Assembly (NCBI GenBank): GCA_964016885.1
Contig: OZ024743.1
Location: forward strand, 325,190,001-325,254,000
Origin: Eledone cirrhosa
Taxonomy: Eukaryota
DNA length: 64,000 nucleotides
Direction: 5' to 3'
A program made the translations under genes and the position numbers. Below the pieces are notes generated by a model that was not told the DNA's origin, searched no databases, and saw only the letters and a list, made by a program, of their open reading frames with translations. Below are positions 39,801-51,629 of the stretch, piece after piece (the stretch's first letter is position 1; the number at the start of each line of letters is the position of its first letter).

Positions 39801-42800
39801 GCATTGCCACAACCACCAAACACTACCACAATCTCCACCATTGCCACAACCACCACCACCACCACACTCTCCACCATTGCCACAACCACCACCACCACCA
39901 AACACTACCACACTCTCCACCATTGCCACCACCACCACCACCACCAAACACTACCACAATCTCCACCATTGCCACAACCACCACCACCACCACCAAACAC
40001 TACCACAATCTCCACCATTGCCACAGCCGCAACCACCACCAAACACTACCACAATCTCCACCATTGCCACAACCACCACGACCAAACACTACCACAATCT
40101 CCACTATTGCCCAAACCACCAAACACTACCACAATCTCCACCATTGCCACAACCACCAAACACTACCACACTCTCCATCATTGCCACAACCACCACCAAA
40201 CACTACCACAATCTCCACCATTACCACAACCACCACGACCAAACACTACCACAATCTCCACTATTGCCCAAACCACCAAACACTACCACAATCTCCACCA
40301 TTGCCACAACCACCAAACACTACCACAATCTCCACCATTGCCACAACCACCACCACCAAACACTACCACACTCTCCACCATTGCCACAACCACCAAACAC
40401 TACACAATCTCCACCATTGCCACAACCACCAAACACTGCCACAATCTCCACCATTGCCACAACCACCACCACCAAACACTACCACACTCTCCACCATTGC
40501 CACAACCACCAAACACTACCACAATCTCCACCATTTCCACAACCACCACCACCAAACACTACCACACTCTCCACCTTTGCCACAACCACCAAACACTACA
40601 ACACTCTCCATCATTGCCACAACCACCACCAAACACTACCACAATCTCCACCATTTCCACAACCACCACGATCAAACACTACCACAATCTCCACCATTGC
40701 CACAACCACCACCAAACACTACCACAATCTCCACCATTGCCACAACCACCACGATCAAACACTACCACAATCTCCACTATTGCCACAACCACCAAACACT
40801 ACCACAATCTCCACCATTGCCACAACCACCAAACACTACCACAATCTCCACTATTGCCACAACCACCAAACACTACCACAATCTCCAGCATTGCCACAAC
40901 CACCACGATCAAACACTACCACAATCTCCACCATTGCCACAACCACCAAACACTACCACAATCTCCACTATTGCCACAACCACCAAACACTACCACACTC
41001 TCCACCTTTGCCACAACCACCAAACACTACCACACTCTCCATCATTGCCACAACCACCACCAAACACTACCACAATCTCCACCATTGCCACAACCACCAC
41101 GATCAAACACTACCACAATCTCCACCATTGCCACAACCACCAAACACTACCACAATCTCCACTATTGCCACAACCACCAAACACTACCACAATCTCCACC
41201 ATTGCCACAACCACCAAACACTACCACAATCTCCACCATTGCCACAACCACCAAACACTACCACAATCTCCACTATTGCCACAACCACCACCACCAAACA
41301 CTACCACACTCTCCACCATTGCCACAACCACCAAACACTACCACAATCTCCACCATTGCCACCACCACCAAACACTACCACACTCTCCACCATTGCCACA
41401 ACCACCAAACACTACCACAATCTCCACCATTGCCACAACCACCAAACACTACCACAATCTCCACTATTGCCACAACCACCACCACCAAACACTACCACAC
41501 TCTCCACCATTGCCACCACCACCAACCACTACCACAATCTCCACCATTGCCACCACCACCACCACCAAACACTACCACAATCTCCACCATTGCCACCACC
41601 ACCACCAAACACTACCACACTCTCTACCATTGCCACAACCACCAAACACTACCACAATCTCCACCATTGCCACCACCACCACCACCAAACACTACAACAA
41701 TCGCCACCATTGCCACCACCACCACCACCACCAAACACTACCACAATCTCCACCATTGCCACAACCACCACCACCACCAAACACTACCACAATCTCCACC
41801 ATTCCACCACCACCACCACCACCAAACACTACCACAATCTCCACCATTGCCACCACCACCACCACCAAACACTACCACAATCTCCACCATTGCCACCACC
41901 ACCAAACACTACCACACTCTCCACCATTGCCACAACCACCAAACACTACCACAATCTCCACCATTGCCACAACCACCACCACCAAACACTACCACAATCT
42001 CCACCATTGCCACAACCACCACCACCAAACACTACCACACTCTCTACCATTGCCACAACCACCAAACACTACCACACTCTCCACCATTGCCACAACCACC
42101 AAACACTACCACAATCTCCACCATTGCCACCACCACCACCACCACAATCTCCACCATTGCCACCACCACCAAACACTACCACAATCTCCACCATTGCCAC
42201 CACCACCACCACCACCAAACACTACCACAATCTCCACCATTGCCACCACCACCACCACCACCAAACACTACCACAATCTCCACCATTGCCACCACCACCA
42301 CCACCACCAAACACTACCACAATCTCCACCATTGCCACCACCACCACCACCACCAAACACTACCACAATCTCCACCATTGCCACCACCACCACCACCACC
42401 AAACACTACCACAATCTCCACCATTGCCACCACCACCACCACCACCAAACACTACCACAATCTCCACCATTGCCACCTCCACCACCACCACCAAACACTA
42501 CCACAATCTCCACCATTGCCACAACCACCACCACCACCACCAAACACTACCACAATCTCCACCATTGCCACAGCCACCACCACCACCAAACACTACCACA
42601 ATCTCCACCATTGCCACCACCACCACCAAACACTACCACAATCTCCACCATTGCCACCACCACCACCACCACCAAACACTACCACAATCTCCACCATTGC
42701 CACCACCACCACCACCACCAAACACTACCACAATCTCCACCATTGCCACAACCACCACCACCACCAAACACTACCACAATCTCCACCATTGCCACCACCA

Positions 42801-43665
42801 CCACCACCACCACCAAACACTACCACAATCTCCACCATTGCCACCACCACCACCACCACCAAACACTACCACAATCTCCACCATTGCCACAACCACCACC
42901 ACCACCAAACACTACCACAATCTCCACCATTGCCACAGTCACCACCACCACCAAACACTACCACAATCTCCACCATTGCCACAACCACCAAACACTACCA
43001 CAATCTCCACCATTGCCACCACCACCACCACCACAATCTCCACCATTGCCACCACCACCACCACCACCAAACACTACCACAATCTCCACCATTGCCACAA
43101 CCACCACCACCACCACCAAACACTACCACAATCTCCACCATTGCCACCACCACCACCACCACCAAACACTACCACAATCTCCACCATTGCCACCACCACC
43201 ACCACCACCAAACACTACCACAATCTCCACCATTGCCACCACCACCACCACCACCAAACACTACCACAATCTCCACCATTGCCACCACCACCAAACACTA
43301 CCACAATCTCCACCATTGCCACAACCACCACCACCACCAAACACTACCACAATCTCCACCATTGCCACCACCACCACCACCACCAAACACTACCACAATC
43401 TCCACCATTGCCACCACCACCACCACCACCAAACACTACCACAATCTCCACCATTGCCACAACCACCACCACCACCAAACACTACCACAATCTCCACCAT
43501 TCCACCACCACCACCACCACCAAACACTACCACAACCACAGTCATCACTTTCACCACCACCACCAAACACTACCACAATCTCCACCATTCCACCACCACC
43601 ACCACCACCAAACACTACCACAACCACAGTCATCACTTTCACCATCATCACCAAACACTTTCACC
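36880..43665. repeat. 6.8-kb AC-rich minisatellite, unit 37+3n bp CAAACACTACCACAATCTCCACCATTGCCACA(ACC)n
   Basis: Direct periodicity; variable ACC count per unit. Confidence 0.97.
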
Positions 43666-44453
43666 ATGAGCTAACAAAGGAGCCTCCCATCTTTGTTTGA
43701 CCTGCTAGGAAGAGCAAGTAAATCACTTCTTAACCCCCCCCCCTCCATTCTACTCTACAACCTTACAAAATGAACATACATTGGATAATGTAGTCCTAGA
43801 TACACCATGCTGTTGATGATATTGTAGAAAGGCATGTACATAAAGACTCTTGTTCCTAAAGTAAACATCACCCATTGATGGATAGTTTTGATTAAAAAAT
43901 TACTTATACCAACTGCACTGATACCACCATTATCATCACCATCAGCACCACTACTACTAAACACTATAACTATGAGCTAACGAAGGGGCTTCTACATTGT
44001 CACTTGATCTACATGGTCACTAGAAATAGCTACAAAATCCCTTCCACACTCCTAAAATTACATTGTACCTACACTTGTGGGAAAAGGAAAAATAATGTCT
44101 AAATCTATCGGATGTTAGTCCTTCATCAGGAAAGAGTAAAGTTGGGAGAAAGAGAAGGTTGATTTCTACAGCTGGATGCCCTTCCTAACACCAACCTCAT
44201 TTACTGTGTGGACTAGGTGCTTTTTGTCATTATACCTACACGACCACTTTACAGTGTGGGCTGGGTGCTTTTTGTCATGCCACCTACACGACCACTTTAC
44301 AGTGGGAGGGGGTGGGGGCATACAGTCTATATGCTTCAACTTTGGCTTGTACCCGTGGCATACAAATATTTGCAAGATAGGAATTATGAAATAATTTACA
44401 AAAACATTACTAAAAAGATTTTAAAACAATAGAAAGTAAATAAATACCATTAC

Positions 44454-44656
44454 CTGTTTATGGTTGTTACATCAGATGAGTCATAACACTTTGAACCCTT
44501 GACTGATGTGTTCAGTGAGGATGGTGGAGAAGATTGACTTAATTTACCATTGACATTAGATGGCGGTATATTCTCTAGACACTTGATGATGTCTGAAACA
44601 CTTGGGACGTTTTGGCAGTTTGAACTCAAAGGTTGGTTACTTTCTTCCACCCAAGC
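44454..44656 (-). CDS. Exon (AWVEESNQPLSSNCQNVPSVSDIIKCLENIPP...DVTTINR)
   Basis: tttccacag| acceptor, AG|gtaatg donor, 203 nt, phase 0 to 2 matching exon 23869-23996. Confidence 0.8.
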
Positions 44657-44719
44657 CTGTGGAAACATTGTTCAAATGTATTTAAATTGTATATAATTTT
44701 GTTTTCTGTATGAGTGTGT

Positions 44720-45210
44720 GCCCAGTTCACCCTGTGAAGTGTTAGTGTTGGTGCCATGAAAAAAAACACCCAGTAACTCCTCTGTAATGTGGTTGGCATT
44801 AGAAAGGGCCTCCAGCCATAGAAACAATGATAAATATGGAATGACCAACCCATCTAAGCCTGGAAAGCAGATGTAAAATAACGGTTTCTGATTTCAGCAC
44901 AAGGCCAACAATTTTGGTGGGGGAGAGGAAAGTTGATTAAATCGACCCCAGTGTGTTATTGGTATTTTATTGACCTCGTAAGGATGAAAGGCAAAGCTAA
45001 CCCTGGCAGGATTTGAACTCAGAATGTAAAGAGCCATAACTCAATGATGATGATAATACACACACATTCATAATTATTTCTACTTTAGGCACAAGGCCAG
45101 CAATTACCCAGTACATTACTGGTACTTTATTTTATCGACCCCGTAAGGATGAAAGGCAAACTCAACCTCGGCGGGATTTGAACTCAGACGTAAAGGGACG
45201 TAACTATGCT
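44720..45210. mobile_element. Cluster of SINE copies (one plus, two minus)
   Basis: ggtgcca..cacccagta..gtggttggcattag..ccagccatagaaac, and two tcgacccc..ggatgaaaggcaaa..ggatttgaactc blocks. Confidence 0.7.
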
Positions 45211-45367
45211 TTTTTTACACACACATTCATAATGTTGTGCACTCAGCAAATATAACTTCATCCTATACTTCAGCTGTTTAGCAAACAATTTAATATCTTA
45301 ATTAATATCTTAATTAATATCTCAATTAATATATTAATTAATATCTTAATTAACAAACAGTATAAAC

Positions 45368-45545
45368 ATTATCATCATCATCACCGTTTTACGTCGATGT
45401 CTCCACGCTAGCATGGGTTAGACGGGTTGTCCTGTTGTGGGCAATGCTCTACAGGACTTATTTTGGCTCAGTTTCTACAGCTGGATGCCCTTCCTAACAC
45501 CAACCTCATTTACAGTGAGTACTGGCTGCTTTTTTACCGTGGTGC
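45368..45545 (-). mobile_element. 3' half of an RTE-tailed SINE adjoining the 48-bp array
   Basis: (CAT)n tail, ccacgctagcatgggtt and ctacagctggatgcccttcctaacaccaacc; related copies at 23047-23290, 57490-57660 and 62676-62820. Confidence 0.8.
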
Positions 45546-47001
45546 CAACACGACCACTCTACAGTGTGGACTGGGTGCTTTTTGCATGACACCTACACAA
45601 CCACTTTACAGTGTGGACTGGGTGCTTTTTGTCATGACACCTACATGACCACTTTACAGTGTGGACTGGGTGCTTATAGTCGTGACACCTACACGACCAC
45701 TTTACAGGGTGGACTGGGTGCTTTTTGTCATGACACCTACATGGCCACTTTACAGTGTGGACTGGGTGCTTTTTGTCGTGACACCTACATGACCACTTTA
45801 CAGTGTGGACTGGGTACTTTTTGTCGTGACACCTACACGACCACTTTACAGGGTGGACTGGGTACTTTTTGTCGTGACACCTACACGACCACTTTACAGT
45901 GTGGACTGGGTGCTTTTTGTCGTGACACCTACACGACCACTTTACAGTGTGGACTGGGTGCTTTTTGTCGTGACACCTACAGGACCACTTTACAGTGTGG
46001 ACTGGGTGCTTTTTGTCGTGACACCTACACGACCACTTTACAGTGTGGACTGGGTGCTTTTTGTCATGACACCTACACGACCACTTTACAGTGTGGACTG
46101 GGTGCTTTTTGTCGTGACACCTACAGGACCACTTTACAGTGTGGACTGGGTGCTTTTTGCATGGCACCTACATGACCACTTTACAGTGTGGACTGGGTGC
46201 TTTTTGTCGTGACACCTACACGACCACTTTACAGTGTGGACTGGGTGCTTTTTGTCGTGACACCTACACGACCACTTTATAGTGTGGACTGGGTGCTTTT
46301 TGTTGTGACACCTACACGACCACTTTATAGTGTGGACTGGGTGCTTTTTGCATGGCACCTACATGACCACTTTACAGTGTGGACTGGGTGCTTTTTGTCG
46401 TGACACCTACACGACCACTTTACTGTGTGGACTGGGTGCTTTTTGTCATGACACCTACATAACCACTTTACAGTGTGGACTGGGTGCTTTTTGTCGTGAC
46501 ACCTACACGACCACTTTACAGTGTGGACTGGGTGCTTTTTGTCATGACACCTACACGACCACTTTACAGTGTGGTCTGGGGGCTTTTTGCCATGATACCT
46601 ACACGACCACTTTACAGTGTGGACTGGGTGCTTTTTGTCATGACACCTACACGACCACTTTACAGTGTGGACTGGGTGCTTTTTGTCGTGACACCTACAC
46701 GACCACTTTACAGTGTGGACTGGGTGCTTTTTGCCATGACACCTACACGACCACTTTACAATGTGGACTGGGTGCTTTTTGCCATGACACCTACACGACC
46801 ACTTTACAGTGTGGACTGGGTGCTTTTTGCCATGACACCTACACAACCACTTTACAGTGTGGACTGGGTGCTTTTTGTCATGACACCTACACGACCACTT
46901 TACAGTGTGGACTGGGTGCTTTTTGTCGTGACACCTACACGACCACTTTACAGTGTGGACTGGGTGCTTTTTGTCATGACACCTACACGACCACTTTATA
47001 G
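45546..47001. repeat. 48-bp minisatellite (~30 units) CACGACCACTTTACAGTGTGGACTGGGTGCTTTTTGTCGTGACACCTA
   Basis: Direct periodicity; reverse-complement relative of the 8670 and 56136 arrays. Confidence 0.95.
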
Positions 47002-47333
47002 TGAGGTGGGGAGCAAGCATACTGTCTGTATGCTTCAGCTTCGGCTTGTACCCGTGGGAACTCGGGTCTTCTGTATTACTGCAAATTAATACATCCATTT
47101 CAGGTTACTACTATCAGTGATAAAGTATCTAAGCCCCCTAATTACATATTTCCTTGTGGTTATTTAGATGAGGTACTTATCATTTTTTTCAATTTACAAG
47201 GAAATATGCATATTTGGCATATTTACACATCTATATATTGAAAATGTGTAAATTTATATATACATTTACACCATCTAGTTTACTTCTATGCTGTATATAT
47301 ACAGATATAATTTTATTTATATATATATATCAT

Positions 47334-47373
<40 letters not shown>

Positions 47374-47931
47374 GTAATCTGAGTTTTTCGAATATTAATA
47401 ATAACATTCGATTCATTTGCAATTATGCAAACAAGCCTCATTTTTAAAGCCATGTCAGTGGAATGAACCCTTCATTCTTGCTCTTGTGTTGCATAATTGC
47501 AAATGAATCAAATGTTATTGTTAATATTCGAGAAACTCAGATTACATTTATTGTATTCAGCCATGTAGAGCGAACATTTAAAAAAAATATATATATCATC
47601 ATCATCATCATTTTACGTCCGCTTTTCCCTGCTTGCAAGGGTTGGACCTTATATATATATATATTATCATCATCAACACCGTTTAGCATCTATTTTCTAT
47701 GCTTGCATAGGTTAGATGGGCTGTCACATTATGAGACAAGTCAGATCAGGTGACCATGTCTACGAGATATGATCTGTTTCTGGTTTGGTTTCTATGGCTG
47801 GATGCTCTTCCTAACACCAACCACATTACACTGCGTACTTTTTACAATAACACCAAAATGGCCATCTATATCTTTCTATATAAATATATAAGTGTGAAAA
47901 AGCAAGCAAAATAAATTGTAAACCTACTTAC

Positions 47932-47973
47932 TTCAAATGTCCACAGTTTTGCTTTGTGAGATTGACAGATATT
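47932..47973 (-). CDS. Candidate 42-nt exon (NICQSHKAKLWTFE)
   Basis: Consensus |gtaagt donor in phase 0; acceptor tactaacttattag|. The branch motif is unusually close to the AG, so the 5' boundary is uncertain. Confidence 0.4.
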
Positions 47974-48169
47974 CTAATAAGTTAGTATATCGAAAACCCG
48001 AGAACAATGGCTCCTCAGATGACCTTTTCACACCATAAGATTTTTTCAAATGAGAACAATGTCATGTAGTAGGCAGTCAGTATGGAGGGTAGTATGATGG
48101 GTGGCCAGCAAGTAATAAGCAGTGCTAGAAATAGCTCCCCTTCCAGTCTAGCTTTACTCTACCATAAGG

Positions 48170-48200
<31 letters not shown>

Positions 48201-49199
48201 CTAGCAGCAGGACCCGGCGCTGCACGGGGTAGGAACGTGAAATAGCAACATGCATATGCAAAGATTGAGGAATGTAGCTGTGTACTTTTTGTTTTCCCTT
48301 ATTCTCAGGGAATGATTGAGGAGCGATGTAGTCAATTGTGTGAAAACCAAGTAGGGATGTATGTTTAAGTAGGGATATTGAGAAGACAAAATCAGCATGA
48401 CAACACAGCTGCAGCAGAAGGGGGTCATAGTGCAATTAGCACAAATGCTGTGCAGTACTGGTTGCACTGCATTTACACAGCAACAAAGGTGTGACAAAAG
48501 GGGTCACTGCGGATTTAGCACAACCGCTGTTCGGCGTACTTACACAGGGTGTTCATACTGCGGTGTAGGTGCAACAAAAGGGTTCTTAGTAGAAGTAGCA
48601 CAGACGTGAGTTTTACGGTGTCAATAACACGGCAACGTACGCAGGACCCGGATTTGCCCGTGATGAAAGCACAAAGTGTCAACAGTGCGCCGACAAAAAG
48701 TTTAAGGTCCTCCTCATTTCCTCAATCCTCCAAAAATGGTCCTGCTTAAAAGTAAGTAAGTGTTGAGTCCTCTGTTAAATAAACCAAATTTTTAACGAAA
48801 TATTATACGCTACTTATGATGTTTAAGTAGCATTTATATTGAAAATGAAAATGACATGTAATGCCCAATGCTAATTCGTAAATGTCCTAGAAACCATTAA
48901 TGGAATCGGATATTTTTTATTTATCCACAGCAATGTGAGGGGACTAACTAATGTGTGCTGCAAATTTCGAGGAAATCGGCTGGATTATCTTTAAGTTACG
49001 CCTCAAAAAAGCCTAAAAATGCCTTTAAAATGTGGTTTTTCGCCTAATGCGAGATCTAGGGCAGAAAAAGTTAAGCCCATTGCACTTCAAGTAATATAAG
49101 TAACGCATGTGTAAAATAAAAAATAAAAAAATTGGTCGGGTACTTCTCCAGTTTTAGGGATTTACACAGACAGACAGACAGACATCCTCTGTTTTATAG
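48201..49199 (-). mobile_element. Non-autonomous Helitron-like element
   Basis: Minus strand has (CTGT)n near the 5' end, a GC hairpin CCCCGTGCAGCGCCGGG about 10 nt before the terminal CTAG, then T of a (TA)n run. The 5' TC terminus is missing at the RTE junction. Confidence 0.75.
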
Positions 49200-50695
49200 G
49201 GTAAAGGGGGTGCTCTGGAGAGGAGTAATTATAGGGGTATAAAATTGATAAATCAGGTTATGAAAGTGGCAGAAAGGATATTAGCACAACTAATTAGAGA
49301 AAGGGTCAAACTAGACGAGATGCAGTTTGCTTTTGTGCCTGGGAAGAGTACAACAGATGCCCTCTTCTTGGTAAGACAATTGCAAGAGAGGTTCTTAGAG
49401 AAAACTAAGCCACTATACTTAGCCTTTGTTGACCTAGAGAAGGCCTTTGATAGGGTACCCCGATCTGTCATCTGGTGGTCCCTAAGGAAGCTAGGTGTTG
49501 AGGAATGGCTTGTGAGGACAGTGCAAACTTTGTACAGAGGTACTCTCAGTAAAGTCAGAGTAGGAATAGAGTTTAGTGAGGAATTCCAGATACAAGTAGG
49601 AGTACATCAGGGTTCGGTCCTCAGCCCGCTCTTGTTCATTATAGTCCTCCAAGCCATAACAGAGGAGTTTAAGACTGGCTGTCCATGGGAACTTCTCTAT
49701 GCTGACGATCTGGTTCTTATAGCAGAATCAGTAGAGGAGCTAGAGAATAAATTCTGGCTATGGAAACAGCAGTTGGAAGCAAGAGGACTGAGAGTGAACC
49801 TAGCTAAGACAAAAGTGTTGATGAGTAGAAAAGATGACAAAACCCTGATTCCGCCAGGGAAATGGCCATGTTCGATATGCAGAAAAGGAACTGGCATAAA
49901 TTCTATAAAATGCACACAATGCAGATCCTGGGTACACAAGAGATGTAGCGGAATAGCAGGCAAACTAACAGGTAGGGAGAAATATGTATGCAGTAGATGT
50001 ACAGGGAAATTAGACAGTAGAAGTCGCATTGATAGACTCATTTTTCAAATGCAGGAGGGCACTATAGAAGTGGTGGATAGCTTCCGGTACCTAGGAGATC
50101 AGATTAGCATGGGAGGAGGGTGTTCCGAGGCCATAGTATCTAGAATAAGGACGGGTTGGAAGAAGTTTAGGGAGCTGCTTCCTCTGTTGACGAAGAAGGG
50201 TTTCTCCCTGCGTACGAAAGGCCGGTTGTATGATGCCTGTGTGAGGAGCGCGATGCTGCATGGTAGTTAGACATGGGCAGCAACTGCAAAGGAGATGCAA
50301 CGGCTGGAGAGAAATGAGGCAAGCATGCTCCGTTGGATCTGCAGTGTAAATGTGTGTGAACGAGCCAGCATAAATGTGTTGAGAGAGAAACTGTATCTGA
50401 GAGGGATAGAATGTAGTGTACGGGAGAGGAGACTGAGGTGGTATGGACATGTGATGCGCATGGAGGATGACCGATGGGTGAAGAAGTGCCAGGAAATGCC
50501 AGTTGAAGGAAGACGTGGTAGAGGTAGACCACGAAAAACATGGGCGGAGGTGGTGAGAACAGACCTCAGATCATTGAAGCTCACGGTGGAGACGATGAAG
50601 GACCGTGATGAGTGGAGAGATGCTGTGCTGAATAAAACTCATCCCACCCTTGCAAGCAGGGAAAAGCGGACGTAAAATGATGATGATGATGATGA
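49200..50695 (+). mobile_element. 5'-truncated RTE-clade LINE (RT, PHD-like finger, C-terminus), one premature stop at 50268-50270, (TGA)n tail
   Basis: NYRGIKL, FVDLEKAFDRV, GVHQGSVLSPLLF, YADD, FRYLG, LHGS*TW, RLRWYGHVMRM, GRPRKTW. Confidence 0.95.
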
Positions 50696-50798
50696 CTTGG
50701 GGAGGGTCATATTGTTGTAATATTGCCAGAAATAATAATAATATATAATAATAATCATCATATCAAAAACCTTACAAAACAAATTCATCGCCGTCATG

Positions 50799-50829
<31 letters not shown>

Positions 50830-50901
50830 TATGTGTGTGTGAGTGTATATATATTTGTTTATCCTGGGTTCAATCGGAGGTAACCACAGTAAGTAATATA
50901 A

Positions 50902-50994
50902 AAATGGCTTCTACAGGACTAGAACTGTTTCATTCGGAGGAAATCATGATGATTTCCTCCGAATGAAACAGTTCTAGTCCTGTAGAAGCCATTT
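50902..50994. repeat. Perfect 45-bp-arm palindrome containing a hammerhead-like core
   Basis: Arms 50902-50946 and 50950-50994 are exact reverse complements; the right arm reads TGATGA-TTTCCTCCGAAT-GAAA-CAG..CTG-TA. Confidence 0.9.
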
Positions 50995-51629
50995 CTATAT
51001 TAAATATATATATATACAAATCACCACCATCAATCTACCACCTCCATCACCACTATCATCATCATTACGATCCTCTTTGCCATAATGGTATGGTTTGGGT
51101 TGATCATACCAGACTGAGCCAGTTCCTATTTGGAGTTACTGCTCTCTTAGACAGGTCAGGAACTTTGTCTCATATATTCTATTTTGGCAAGTGTTCTGTT
51201 GCTGGATGCCCTTCATATCACAACCCACAAAACAGAATGTACTGGATTCATCTTATCTTAGCACTAGCACTAAAGAGGTTGAAGAGTCTTCTCTACCCTA
51301 TGTTATATTCATTTATTTGCCAACTGTTTTACAGAGTGTACTAAGAGAATTTAATCATGACATCAGCACTGGAAGTGTTTCTTTTCTCAGCAATCCTCAA
51401 ATATATTGCTGAATGGTCATTATTAAAACAGATGGCAGGTCCCTTAGGTGGTCGATATTGGTCATCTGTAGCAGAAGAAACCCAAAAGAGGGACTTGTGT
51501 GTGTGTTATATGGAGGTGGGGGATGTAGTGGAATTAGATCTTAGGATGCTGAGCTTCACATGATAAAAATGGAAAAAGATCAGAAAGAGTAGAAGATGTA
51601 TTCTGTAGGCAGTATAACAGAACCAGTCC

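Noticed and set aside
36858-43700. Mucin-like or His-rich ORFs up to 1883 aa
   Set aside because: All three frames are open because the repeat lacks stops; no ATG start, signal peptide or unique flanking domain; antisense within an intron.
45559-47098. (CRCHDKKHPVHTVKWS)n ORFs resembling multiheme CxxCH or zinc-finger repeats
   Set aside because: The motif is CxCH and comes from the 48-bp satellite; no coding context.
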